NCBI GenBank assembly: GCA_951406725.2
Contig: OX597837.1
Span: 41,416,001 to 41,480,000 of the forward strand
Length of the DNA: 64,000 nt
Source of the DNA: Octopus vulgaris
Taxonomy: Eukaryota
Direction of reading: 5' to 3'
Below, piece after piece: positions 42,617 through 57,482 of the stretch. Every line of letters begins with the position of its first letter. The stretch's first letter is position 1. The notes beneath the pieces were generated by a model. It searched no databases, was not told the DNA's origin, and saw only the letters and a program-made list of their open reading frames with translations. Both the position numbers and the translations under genes were made by a program.

Positions 42617-43873
42617 AAACGGTGGTGGTAATGGTACTGTGGTGATGATCGTGGTTGCGATGTCGGTGGTGGTGGTGGTGGTGATGTTAGTGGTGAGGTT
42701 GTTGTTGTTTCTGCTGCTGTTGATGGAGGTGATGGTGGTGGTTGTGCTGGTTGTGACGGTGGCGGTGGTGGTGGGGTAGTGGTGGTGGTGGTGGTGGTGG
42801 TAGTGGTAGTCGTGCTGGGGGGGGTGAGGATGGCGGTGGTAACGGTGGTAGTGCTGGTGATGCTGGTGGAGGTGGTGGTGCTGGTGGTGGTGGTGGTGCT
42901 GGTGCTGGTGCTGGTGCTGGTGGTGCTGTTGGTGGTGGTTGCGGTGGTGGTTGTGGCGGTGGTGCGCGTGGTGCTGGTGGAGGTGATGGTGGTGTCTGCA
43001 GCGTTGCTGGTGGTGGTGTGGTGGTGGTGTGGTGGTGGTGGTAGTGTTGGTGGTACTGCTGGTGGAGGTAGTGGTGGTGGCTGCAATGTTACTGGTGGAG
43101 GTGGTGGTGGTAGTGGTGGTGGTGATGGTGGTGCTGGTGGTGGTGGTGGTAGTGGTGGCGGTGGGTGGGTCGATGGTACTGGTGGAAGTAGTGGTGGTGG
43201 CTGCAGCGTTGCTGGCGTTGCTGCTGATGGTGGTGCTGGTGCTGGTGTTGTGGCAATAGAAGTATTACCAACAACAGCAACATCATCATCAACATCAGCA
43301 GCAGCAGCAACAGCTGCAGTAGTTAATAGTGGGAATTAGAATCGGACGAGCCTCAATGGAGAAACTGAAACGAAACCTACAAATATGTTTCCTGCTCTCC
43401 TTAAAAAACGAATCCACGCCATTTTGTTTTGGCAACAGCTGTTTGAGCAACACACAAAGTAAATTGTCACCTAGCATGGCATTCTGCGTATGTGTGCACC
43501 TATGTGCATCTGTGCGTGTCTGTGTGCAACAGACTGCATCTGTGTGTATTCGTGTGTCGGTAAATCTATTTATATAACATTAAACACAACGCATTTAATA
43601 TACGCCGGGCCCAACACGCTGCTGTTTAATTGCTGTCGATGTCTTTACAACCGGCTATCTACTCAGGCGGATGTGTATGTATGTATGTTCGTGTATATAT
43701 ACATATATATATATATATATAAACATATATAACTGTGTGTATATACGTGTGTTTGTGTATATAGATATAGATATATATACATGTATGTGTGTGTGTGTAA
43801 GTATATATTTGTACAAACATGCATTCATACTTACATATGTATAAATATACACATATATATATGATATATATGT

Positions 43874-43919
<46 letters not shown>

Positions 43920-44011
43920 GCATATATAAATGCATATATATGCATATATATGTATATATATACATATATATATAAATATATATATGCATATATATATATA
44001 TATATATCTAC

Positions 44012-44114
<103 letters not shown>

Positions 44115-44197
44115 ATAAATAAGCATAAATATATATATATATATATATGTAAATATGTGTAAGGTATATACAGATATATATTTATAAAGCTAAATAT

Positions 44198-44231
<34 letters not shown>

Positions 44232-44559
44232 CTCGTTTCCTGCATGAATGCAAAGCATGCAATGCATGCCTAAGTTATATAAACGAATGTAAATAAGAGA
44301 TCCTTATTTCACTATGAATGTTTCATGTTTTATGAGAGACAGGTGGAAAGGAGACGAGAGGGACATGCCGTGTTTGCTCACTGCTTCAATTATATGGCTC
44401 TGAGTATGAAAACTGCATGCTCTGGTTTAACTACCTATAGTTGAGAGAGAGAGAGAGACAGACAGACAGACTAACAGAGCGAGGGAGACATACAGAGGGT
44501 GAGACAAATAGACAGAGAGAGAGACGTTTAGATAAGTATATGTACGTATATGTTATGTA

Positions 44560-45140
44560 CTAGCAGTATAGCCCGGCGTTGCTCCGGTTTGTTTGCTTTT
44601 TAGTTGCGCTTAAAATGGCAGATTTTGATGTCGTGTTAACAAAGTTTTGACATAGTTTCAATCTATGAATAAAAGTATAGTGTCGTGATGCTCGAGTTTG
44701 CTCTGAATGTGTATTGGATCAGCTGATCCGAGTTTCGCACAAAACCAATGACATCACAAACAAATTCTTTTCGACCCTTTAGAATTGGAATTTTTGAAAA
44801 GTAAAAATTTTGCATTATGTAGCTTGTTATTCTCTTTAAGTGAACATTTTTCTGGTTGAAATACACCGCAAAATAGCGACACAGCAGTCATAAAATCGTA
44901 AAACAAAATAAGGATTTACGTAGAAAAAAAAGCACCTTTTTGATGTAAATAATTTTTGGTCTTAACATGGTCCGATTTGAATTTTTTCTTCTACGGAAGG
45001 AAGAGCATGCCTTCTTCTATCATATTCTCAATTTTGGTTAACTCACGATGCAGGATCTCGGAGGAGATAGTGTTAGTTTAAGGCTACCAAACCTGCCATA
45101 CACACACACACACACAGAAATTCAGCTTTATATATATAGA
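44560..45140 (-). mobile_element. Non-autonomous Helitron
   Basis: Minus strand starts TC(TATATATATAAAGCTG), has a (TG)n tract near the 5' end, and ends with a CCGG-agcaacg-CCGG hairpin then CTAG. Inserted between A and T with no TSD. Confidence 0.82.
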
Positions 45141-45173
45141 TGTATGTACTTATCAATGTTTCTCTACATCTTC

Positions 45174-45221
<48 letters not shown>

Positions 45222-45451
45222 CTCTATATGTGTGTGTCTCTCTTGCTCTATGTGTGTGTGTCTTATTCGGAGTTTTCTATCCTCAGTCGAGTTCCTGATT
45301 ATCTTTGCAATTTCGGCTGGTTATACTCGAGATTGCTCCAATCTGGCCAGCCCCAAGAAAAACCTAAGCTAAGAGCATTAGATTCCTTCGAAAAAAGCAG
45401 CGAATGTGTATCTATCTATCTATCTATATATATATATATATATATATATAT

Positions 45452-45487
<36 letters not shown>

Positions 45488-46388
45488 GTACAGTGAACTT
45501 GCCGTGGAGAGTGGAATATCCAACGTTTCGGATTTTAAAAAAATTTCAGAGTTTATATCCTCTCAGCTTGAAAAACTGGCTGCAACTGACAATGGACGCA
45601 GAATAACACGGGCTGCTAACGTGAAAAGAAAGTTACAAGAGAGGGCGTGCAGAAAGGAGAAGGAAATATACGTACACACACACACACACATACATATATA
45701 TGTGTGTGTGTGTGTATGTATGTATGTATACTCATATGTACATGCGTACGTACATACATAAGTTAAAGAATTAAGGTGAAGAAAATACGTGTTAAACACA
45801 ATATCAAAACCTTATTTCAGAATGTGCGCGTCTGTCTGTGCGTGTGTCTAACTGTTAAAATCTCTCAATACAGCAGAACTCTAATGTGACTCTCCCTGCT
45901 TAAAACCCCATTATCCCACCTGAGGAGCCTTCTATACAGTGTGCCTTGCATTTTGCCTTATTCCATCGTTTCGTACTCACAAGGGTACAGTGCATTTGAG
46001 CATTTTTATCTTTAATATATATATATATATACTTTATTATACTTTTTGAAAAGCAGCAATAATATCACAAAATGTTATTACTCTACCTCTGGTATTCGAG
46101 TACTATTTTTGCGACCTTGTTTCGCATTTATGTGCTTGCTCCGGTAAATATATATATATATATAAAATATGATTAAGATTCCGTTGAATTAGGTACTTAA
46201 ATTGAGGCACCTTGCTAGGTCGGTATAATCTGCACACCCCAACAATATTAATTGAATATTGAATATCAAGACTCCCTGTAGGTGTGTTTGTACCTGATAT
46301 TTCTGTGGTGTGTGCAAACAATGTAACTTAGCCAAGTGAAGATATCCGCTCTTGGTAATTCAGACGTGTACTTTTTATAAAGGTACTT

Positions 46389-46393
<5 letters not shown>

Positions 46394-46422
<29 letters not shown>

Positions 46423-46810
46423 TGTATGTATGTATGTATGTATGTATGTATGCATGTATGTATGTATGTATGTATGTATGTATGTATGTATGTATGTATG
46501 TGTGTATGTGTGTGTGTGTATGTATGTATGCATTATGTATGTATTTATGTATGTATGTATGTATGTATGTATGTATGTGTGTGTATGTATGTATGTATGT
46601 ATGTATGTATGTATGTATGTGTGTGTATGTATGTATGTATGTATGTATGTATGTATGTATGTATGTATGTATGTATGTATGTGTGTGTGTATGTATGTAT
46701 GTATTATGTATGTATTTATGTATGTATGTATGTATGTATGTATGTATGTGAGTGTGTATGTATGTATGTATGTATGTATGTATGTATGTGTATGTATGTA
46801 TGTATGTATG
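46394..46810. repeat. (TATG)n microsatellite with internal duplication
   Basis: Directly visible. Confidence 0.95.
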
Positions 46811-47029
46811 CATTGAAGAATTTTCTTTAGGGTTTGAAAATGCTCCTGAATCTCAAGACATGCAGTCCTTTAAAATTTGTAATAGATTTATTCAAATACC
46901 AATCTATTACAAAATCTAAAAACAACCCTTTTTTCAGATTCAGGTGAATTTTCAAACCCCAAAACAGATTCCTGCTTGGGAATACACTTATTCTCTTCAT
47001 ATGTGTATTCTTGTATTCTTGTATTCTTG

Positions 47030-47277
47030 TATTCTTTTATTCTTTTACTTGTTTCAGTCATTTGACTGCAGCCATGCTAGAGCACCACCTTGAAGGGTCT
47101 TAGTCGAACAGATCGAACCCAGGACTTATTCGTTGCAAGCTTTAATATTTATTCGATCGGTCACTTTTGCCGAACTACTATATTAAGGGGACGTCAACAT
47201 ACCAGCACCGGTTGTCAAGCGGTGTGGGGAGGGAGGACAAAACACACACGAATACACACACATGAATACACACACAC

Positions 47278-47360
<83 letters not shown>

Positions 47361-47770
47361 AATATATATATATGTGTATGTGTGTGTTTGTGTGTCTGTA
47401 TTTGTACCCCCAACATCGCTTGACCACCAATGCTGGTGTATTTACGTCCCCGTAACTTAGCGGTTCGGCAAAAGAGACCGATAGAATAAGTACTAGGCTT
47501 ACAAAGAATAAGTCCTGGGGTCGATTTGCTCGACTAAAGGCGGTGCTCCAGCATGGCTGCAGTCAAATGACTGAAACAAGTAAAAGAGTAAAGAGTATAT
47601 ATATATATATGACTGACTTCTTTCAGTTTCCGTCTACCAAATCCACCCACAAGGATTTGGCAGGCCCGAGGCTTTAGTAGAAAACACTTGCCCAAGGTGC
47701 CACACAGTGGGACTGAACCCGGAACTATGAGCTTGGGAGGCAAGCTTCTTAACATGCAGCAATGGCGGTG
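47030..47770 (-). mobile_element. Family A SINE with an oppositely oriented family A 3' half (47390-47595, +) inside its microsatellite
   Basis: Minus 3' half at 47030-47240, minus 5' half at 47612-47770. Confidence 0.8.
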
Positions 47771-49051
47771 CTTATATATATACATATATAATATATATGT
47801 ATATTATATATTATATATATATGTATGTATGCATGTATATATATATATATGTACATATATGTATTATATATATGTGTATGTATTATATGCGGATGCCTGA
47901 GCAAGACAAATCCTTAGTAATTAGTTAAATTAGACACGTAGCACACACACACGCACACACACTTGCACGCTCACATACACACACACACGCATATGTATAT
48001 ATATGGATACACACGTGAACGCATTTCCGTGTTTGTAAGACGATAGATAAATAATTAGAAAGGAGATTATCTACAAGGATCACACACATAGTAAATACAT
48101 ATTATCATCAAGCAAGACGTCCACTGTACATAGATATACATCCATAGAAAGAAAGAAAGAAAGAAAGAAGGAAGGAAAAAGAAAGAAAGAAAGAAAGAAA
48201 GGTGGTGGGATGTGATGGGTGAGGTGGAGTAAGAATTGGAAGATAATTGCTGGTGTTAATGAGATAAATAGAGAAAGGTAGCGATGTCTGTTGCAAATGA
48301 CTTCCATCCTACTTCGTTTTTATGTCACACTGTCAGTCCAGGTCGTTTTTATTGAAGGTGTAATTGGATGTGCAATCAAGCGAAAACAGTGATTACAAAC
48401 AACTCGCCCACCCCTCCATCTCACCTTCTTACCCTTCTTACCTTTTTTACCTACCTACCTACCTACCTTCCTACCTGCCTAAATTACTTACCTACTTACC
48501 TTTTCTCTTACCTGCACCCTTACCTACTTTCCTACCTAACTGCAGTTCTTACCACTTTTACATTTTACTTAAATTACTTTTCTACTTACACACCTACCTA
48601 CCTACCTACCTATTTTTCTTACCTGCTCACCTTTCCTCTTATTTACATTCTTACTTACCCTCTTACCTATCTGCTGTTCTTACCTTTTTACCCACCTGTC
48701 TAAATTACTTTTCGACATAGATACCTACCAACCTAACTATTAATCTACCCATCTTCTTATTTACCCACTCAACTTATATTTCCTCCTGCCAACCATTCTA
48801 CCTACCCACCTTCCTTCCTACCTACCTTCCCACCAATTTACTTACCTACATAAGATCCACCGACTTCGGCTTGCAAACTTTCTATTTACCTACGTACCTA
48901 GCTACTTATCTACTTACCTACATGCATACATACATACATACATACATACATATAAATATACATACATGCATACATACATACATGCATACATGCATACATA
49001 CATACATACATACATACATACATACATACATACATACATACATACATACAT

Positions 49052-49215
49052 ACCAACATCGCTTGACAACCGATGCTGGTATGTTTACGTCCCCGTAACT
49101 TAGAGGTTCGGTAAAAGAACCGATAGAATAAGTACTAGGCTTACAAAGAATAAGTCCTGGGATCGAGTTGCTTGATCGACTAAAAGCGGTGAAACAAGTA
49201 AAAGAATAAAAGAGT
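49052..49215 (+). mobile_element. SINE family A, 3' half
   Basis: CCAACATCGCTTGACAACCGATGCTGG through the tail. Confidence 0.82.
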
Positions 49216-49305
49216 AAGAACTCCTTCATAGAGTAACTGCTGCATTTGTTGAGTATATAAAACAGTTTGACTGCTTGTTTCTCTAGAGGCTGTCAGAATG
49301 ATGTG

Positions 49306-49357
49306 GATGCCACTGATGAGAACTCGATAAGGTTCGAAAATCGATTGTTTGTCAATC
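49306..49357 (+). ncRNA. Hammerhead-like motif (degenerate)
   Basis: GATGCCA-CTGATGA-GAAC-tcgataag-GTTC-GAAA-ATCGATTG-TT-TGTCAATC. Canonical core and stem II, palindromic stem III region, imperfect cleavage site and stem I. Confidence 0.58.
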
Positions 49358-49545
49358 ATTTTTCCAGTCTGCAGAGAAATGGCTAAAATTTGCTCTGTTT
49401 ATCATTATACCATCTGTTATATACATACCTTCTGAGTTACCTGCCCACCGATTTACCAACCTGCCTACTAACATACCTACCTACATTCTTACCAACGTAA
49501 CTACCTACCAACGTACCTTCCAATCGACTTGCCAGTCTACATACC

Positions 49546-50040
49546 TATTTCTTTACTACCCACAAGGGGCTAAACACAGAGGGGACAAACAAGGACAGAC
49601 AAACGGATTACGTCGATTGTATCGACCCCAGTGCGTAACTGGTACTTATTTAATCGACCCCGAAAGGATGAAAGGCAAAGTCGAACTCGGCGGAATTTGA
49701 ACTCAGAACGTAGCGGCAGACGAAATACGGCTACGCATTTCGCCCGGCTTGCTAACGATTCTGCCAGCTCGCCGCATACCAACAAACCTACCAATCTATC
49801 TTCCTAGCTACCTGCATAAAACTATCCTTTCTACTATAGGCACAAGGCCTGACATTTTGGGGGAGGGCACTAGTCGATTACATCGACCTCACCATTTTAC
49901 TAGTATTTATTTTATCGATCCTGAAAGAATGAAAGGTAAAGTTGACCTCGGCGGAATTTGAAATCAGAGAGTAGCGACGGACGAAATACCGCGAAGAATT
50001 TCGTCCGGCACGCTGCCGATTCTGCCTGCTCGCCGCCTTA
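49546..50040 (-). mobile_element. Two family B SINE copies
   Basis: 49546-49774 (flanked by a CATACC direct repeat) and 49825-50040. Confidence 0.85.
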
Positions 50041-51463
50041 CCCTCATAGAATTATGAATGGTTCTTCGTCAGTTTCAACAATGAGTATTCAATTGTTCAA
50101 TCACCGGACCACCAAGTTCATTGAATCATCACGTAACTGGCCGAGTATTCCGAAGAAGGAGCATTACAGTGTGACATTGGTGCGTCTTACAATAACGAGT
50201 ACGATCCACTCGATGAGCTTCCGAACAGTTTCCGTCTGTCCAATTACACTCGCATGTTTCATGGTAAATGAAACTTTGCGTAGGATGCCATGCAATGGAA
50301 TTAAACCTGAGACCTCGTGGTTGCCAAACGAACTTCTTAATCATTCAACCATGTTTGTGTCATCCCTTCCTACTTACTATCCGCTTATATACCTAGTGTG
50401 ATCAACAAACCATGTCTAATTGTTGGTTACGTGACGTAACGAATTAAATCCATGTTGATGTAGTGTAAATGAGTAGGGAGTGGGAGGCGTCGGGGAGGGA
50501 GGAGGAGTCGGAGGGAGAGTCGGGGAGAGAGCAGATGGGGGTAGCGGGGGAAGGGAGCAGAGGGGTACAGGAAAAGAAGGAGGAAAGATAAAAAGACGGA
50601 AGGGAGAGAAGAGTTAGGGCGACAGCAGGTGAGGAAGGGGAGGTTAGAGTAAGCGGCAGGGGAGAGGTGTGAGTGGAGGGAGTGAGAAGAGGAAGAAGAG
50701 AGAAGAGGATAGAGGGGGATAGAAGAGAGAGGGAGGGGTTAGAGAAAGAGGGGAAGAGAGAGTGGGAGAGAGAAGCCTGAGATAGATGAGGAGAGCGAAA
50801 AAGGAGAGGGAGTGCCATGTTCAAATACTGCTAGATGTTGCTCTTTCGCCCTAGGCCAGATATAGTCAACCAGGCAGACTTATGATCAAAGGCGTTCCAA
50901 CTGTAACGATCCCGTCTCATTTAACACTACTTCCCAATACCCCTCCACGCACACACACACTCACACAGACATAAACGCAAGGCTATGATTTGAAACAGAT
51001 TTTGCAGCGATTTCCAACAAATCGAATGAGCTCATAGCAAATTGCCCCCAAAAGGAGAAGTAAATCCTTACAACCTACCTACATTTCACACCTACTTTTC
51101 GCACCAAACATTTCTCTATTATTATTATTTGTATTACCTTCTGTAGTTAGATGTTCTAAATGTATTTGTAAAATTATGTTGTGCGATATTTAAATAATTT
51201 TGAACAATTTTTATTGTCAGATAAATAGGCATCACGGTAGGGGCCAATATGTGCCTTATGAATGCATTTCAACACTGTACAGACTGGGTTTAAGGCCGAG
51301 AGGCCCGCTTGTGTGTATATATATATAAATATATATATACTTAAACACATAAGAGATGGCCATAATAGGACATCTGACTCACTAGAAAGAGCAGTTAAAC
51401 TCCAAACCACTAATTTGTTGTAATTCTGAAATGGAAAGAGAAATAAAAACATTTACCCTATCT

Positions 51464-51552
51464 TTCCTGGACTATGCATAGTTTCGGCAATCTTTTGTAA
51501 ATAAAATAAAATAATTTTAATTTACGATTGACGTTGCCATCTTCAGGAGGAA
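51464..51552 (-). ncRNA. Type I hammerhead ribozyme candidate with intact catalytic core
   Basis: Reverse complement: TTCCTc-CTGAAGA-T-GGCAA-[loop with GTAAAT/ATTTAC]-TTGCC-GAAA-CTATGCATAG-TC-cAGGAA. GUC triplet and perfectly palindromic stem III. Confidence 0.75.
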
Positions 51553-51674
51553 GCCGAGGCTAGCATACATATACATAGATACATGTATTTATAGCTGTAT
51601 GTATGTATATATATATATATATATGCATTTACAAATACATGCATGCATATATATATGCATATACATACCTACAT

Positions 51675-51740
<66 letters not shown>

Positions 51741-51925
51741 GGATAGATATGCGTATATTTGTATATAATTCAAGAAATCACTATCTACATCAATACAAGA
51801 TCAATCTATTTTATCGAATATAACACGGACACAATACAAACATACATAAACACGCTCATACATCTGTATGTATAAGTTTGTGCGTGTGAATATACATGGA
51901 GGCTTGTGTATTGATATACATATAC

Positions 51926-51969
<44 letters not shown>

Positions 51970-51978
51970 ATGTATACT

Positions 51979-52017
<39 letters not shown>

Positions 52018-52190
52018 ATGTATACTTACATATATATATATATATGTATCTATATATATACAATAGGTATATATAAATACATATATTTATATGGAACTTT
52101 AATATCATATATATATATGCGTACACACACGCTTATATATACTATATATATATATATATATATACATATATATAGTTATACATATATATA

Positions 52191-52238
<48 letters not shown>

Positions 52239-53131
52239 TGTATGTATATATATATATATTTACGAATTTAGTATATTTGTTTGTACACATATAAATCTAC
52301 TATATATATATATCTATATATGTGTATATATGTATATGTGTAAATATATAACTATATGTACACATATATGTATATATGTATATGTTTGTGTGCGTGTGTG
52401 TATGTATGTATGTATGTATATATATATGTGTGTGTGTGTGTGTATCTGTGATAACATTAGTGTTAATAATGAGAAAACAGGGAAACAAACGAAAAAAAGA
52501 AAAAACCCAACCAACTACGAAAGCAATCACTATTTCACATATATTGCCATTGTTATTATTATTGTAGTTGTTTTTGTAATTGTTTGTTGTTGTGTTATTG
52601 GCAGGGGTGTTGGTAGTGGTGGTGGTGGAGGTGGTGTGATTACAGTGTTGTTTTTATTGTTATTATTTTTTGTTGTTTTTCTTTTTTTTTAGTGGCAACT
52701 ATATTAGTTCTGTTGTCCAACAATGGCGAAATAGGGCGGCGGTGGTGGCGGTGGTGGTGGTGATGGTGGTGGTGGTGATGGTGGTAGTGGTGGTGGTGGT
52801 GGTGGTGGTTGGTGGTGTTGGTGGCGGTGGTGGTGACGGCGCTGGTATTCGTGACGAAGATGGTGATGCTGGTAGTGTTGGTGATGATGGTGGTGGTGGT
52901 GGAGGTGTTGGTGGTGATACTAGTGGTTGGTGGTGGCGGGGGTAGTTGTGATGATAGTGATGTTGATGGTGTTGGTGGTGGTGGTCGCGGCGGTCGCGGC
53001 GGCGGCGTCGATTGAATATATCTTTCGTGTAATGAATTCTTTGAGAATGTTTTCCCGCACTTTTTATCTCTTGTTATAGCAAGTGTTACTTTAGCCTCTT
53101 TTTTTATACGTCTTTTTTATTATTGTTATTA

Positions 53132-53166
<35 letters not shown>

Positions 53167-53677
53167 TTGCTTTATGTTTCCCTTCAACACTAAATGAAGG
53201 ACGGAGAAAGGAGTAAAAAAATATCAAACAAATACACGCATGCCCCCCCCCACACACACACACTCATATATATACACATATACATATATACAAACCTATA
53301 TATATACATATATACATTCATATATATATGTGTGTGTATAAGCATGTATACATATATATGTATATATATATATATATATATATGCACATACATATATATA
53401 TATATATATATATCCATCTATATACATATATATATACACACATATATACATATATGTGTGTGTGTATATATGTATGTATATATTTGTATTTGTATGTATA
53501 CGCAGATGCCCATATATACATATTTATATATTAAAAAAAGGACCTTTTCGTGACCATCATCAAATCTACTAAGACGCATCTGCTTGAGAAAGAGATGAAG
53601 AAAGAAAGAGAAAGAGAGAAAGAGAGAAAGAGAGAGAGGGAAGGGATGAGGAGAGAGAGAGAGAGAGACCTTCATTG

Positions 53678-53773
53678 CTTACGTCACGTGATCTTCGGCC
53701 CGGAATCTGTTACGTCACGTAACGCTTTCTAATTATTCGCATAAATTATCTTCTTCGCCACCGCCATCTTCCG
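53678..53773. promoter_or_regulatory. Candidate cis-regulatory island (bZIP/E-box, YY1 and ETS-like motifs)
   Basis: TTACGTCACGT twice, CCGGAA and CCGCCATCTTCCG in a short CpG-containing unique segment. Confidence 0.4.
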
Positions 53774-53849
53774 AGGTGCCTAAAAACAGAGTGCGCACGT
53801 ATAAACCCATAAACACACACACACATATATATATATGTATACATATGTA

Positions 53850-53907
<58 letters not shown>

Positions 53908-53937
53908 CATATATATATACATATATATGTATATGTG

Positions 53938-53970
<33 letters not shown>

Positions 53971-53991
53971 ATATACATACATATATTTGTG

Positions 53992-54025
<34 letters not shown>

Positions 54026-54150
54026 CATATATATATATACGTGTATATGTGCATAAATAACCATATAGACATGAACACACGCAATCTACCCCTGATGTAT
54101 ACAGGCAAAAACTCGTTATCAAGAACACCCACACGGCGATGCACTCGTAA

Positions 54151-54235
<85 letters not shown>

Positions 54236-55309
54236 CACACACTTCTACATGCATAACTTTTTTGTCCTCTCGCCATAAGCATATATATGAATTTATGCAC
54301 ACATACACACACACACTTGGACAACATTCACACACACACACTCATAAATGTAAAGAACGGAGCTTACACACATAAACACACAATCATATACGCAGAAATC
54401 GGCGTAGAAAATCATATATACCCGTATATAGATTAATATGAAATTCTCAGCAGCGTACAAAAACAAACTTAAATATCTCATTATACGCATACCAATACAC
54501 ACAGATACACACACGCACGTGCACGCATACTTTTACACACGCACAGACGCACACATACGTAGAAATACGAGTATATGTGCACAGATATATATGCGCTTAT
54601 AGATAGATACATGTATGCATATACACATGTATACACTCGATCACATACAATCATACAAACATACAAATAAATTTCGCATAAAAACAAACTGAAAGACGCC
54701 CATGAAGAATCTACCGACACACACACATACACACACGCATACACACACACATACAGACACACAGACACATACGGACACTCAGACGCATACAGACCCACAC
54801 ATATACAGACACACACAAATACTGACACACATACACGCATACACACAAACACACATACAGACACGCATGCACATAAAGACACACACACACACACACATAC
54901 AGACATACACATACACACATACATACACACATATACATGTGCTCACACGTACAGACACACACACATACATACTGACACACACACACGCATACACACAAAC
55001 ACACATACAGACACACACACATACAGGCAAACACATACAGACACACACATACACACATACACACATACATACACACACATATGCATAGACACATACATAC
55101 ACACACATATGCATAGACACATACATACAGACACACACACACAAATATAGACGCACACATAGACACATACATACACACTCATATGCATACACACACACAT
55201 AGAAAAAAATATGGATATGGACAAAGACAGACACACACACAAGCACGCATATAATTATACACACACAATCACACGCACATGCACATATGCACACCAACAT
55301 ACTAACATG

Positions 55310-55352
<43 letters not shown>

Positions 55353-55932
55353 GCAAAGAAAAATACGCAACCAATAACACAGATAAAGGAACAAACACAA
55401 TAAAAAAAAATTGCACTAAACAAACTGCTTGATACCCGGAGAAGACACACACAATATGGGCGCATACACGTATACATGCTTGCGTACAGTTATGCAAATA
55501 CATATGCGCTGTACTGGAACAACTCATACACACACATACACACACGTTCTTTCAAGATTTGTACTTCCAAACTTGCTAGCAAACTATATATGTGTGTGTG
55601 TGTGTATCATATATATATATATATACGCAATTTATACAGCAAATATACACACACTCACACATACATACATACATACATACATACATACATACATACATAC
55701 ATACATACATACATACATACATGCAAATAAATACATACAAATACATACATGCATACATACATACATACATACCCACATACATACATACATTCAAACAGAC
55801 AGGTAGTGTATGTATGTATGTATGTATGTATGTATGTATGTATGTATGTATTATGGATGTATGTATATATGTATGTATGTATCTGGACAGATAGACAGAC
55901 AGACAGACAGACAGGTAAGTAGACAGACAGAC

Positions 55933-56004
<72 letters not shown>

Positions 56005-56087
56005 TGGTATGTAGGTAGGTAGGTAGGTAGGTAGGTAGGTAGGTAGATAAATAGAGAGAGAGGGGGAAGTTGAGAGATAGATTTACG

Positions 56088-56123
<36 letters not shown>

Positions 56124-56269
56124 GATATGTAAGTATGTATAAATAAGTATATATATATATATATAAATGTGTGTGTGTATGTATATATATATATGCATAT
56201 ATATATATACAGGGATATGTAAGTATGTATAAATAAGTATATATATATGTATATAAATATGTGTGTGTA

Positions 56270-56377
<108 letters not shown>

Positions 56378-56444
56378 GCATTAATGTACATATACTTATA
56401 CAAAGGTATGTACTTGTAGCTCTATATATTATTGCGTATAATAT

Positions 56445-56810
56445 ATTCTTTTACACTTTTACACTTTTCTGTCATTTCACTGCGGTCATACTGCAGCACT
56501 GCCTTAAAGGGTTTTAGTCGAAAAAGTCGAACCCAGGACTTATTCTTTGTAAACCGGGTTCTTATTCTATCACTTACATTTACCGAACTGACTAATTTAG
56601 GGGGTCCTACACACAAGCTGTCAAGTGATGATGGGGGTGGGGCAGACACTTTGGCAGACACAGACTGAGGCTTCTTTCAGTTTCCCTCAACCAAATCTAC
56701 TCAGAAGGCATTAGTAGGCCCGAGACTTTCGAAGACATTTGCGCAAATTGAACCTGGAAACAGCTGGTTGTGAAGTAAGTGTCTTACTACATAGCCACGC
56801 CTGTGCCATA

Positions 56811-56894
<84 letters not shown>

Positions 56895-57131
56895 CTTTCC
56901 TTTTTTTACTCTTTTACATGTTTGAGTCATTTGCCTGCGGCCATGCTGGAGCACCGCCTTTAGTCGAAGAAATCTACCCCAGGACTTATTCTTTCTAAGC
57001 CTAGTACGTATTCTATCGGTTTCTTTTGCCGAACCGCTAAATTACGGGGACGTAAACACACCAACATCGGTTGCCAAGCGATGGTGGGGGTACAAACACA
57101 GAAATACAAACACACACACACAAACACAGAA

Positions 57132-57212
<81 letters not shown>

Positions 57213-57372
57213 ATGGGCTTCTTTTAGTTTCCGTCTACCAAATCCACTCACAAGGCTTTGGTCGGTCCTAGGCTATAGTAGAAGATACTTGCCCAAGGTG
57301 GCACACAGTCGGACTGAACCCAGAACCATGTGGTTGGTAAAGAAGCTACCTACCCCACAGCCACTCCTGCAT
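56445..57372 (-). mobile_element. Two tandem family A SINE copies (degenerate 56445-56810, full length 56900-57372)
   Basis: Family A modules are recognisable. Confidence 0.85.
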
Positions 57373-57448
57373 CGAAACGCCTATATATACATATATATAT
57401 ATGTATACATATATATATATACATATGCATGTATATATATAGATATAT

Positions 57449-57482
<34 letters not shown>

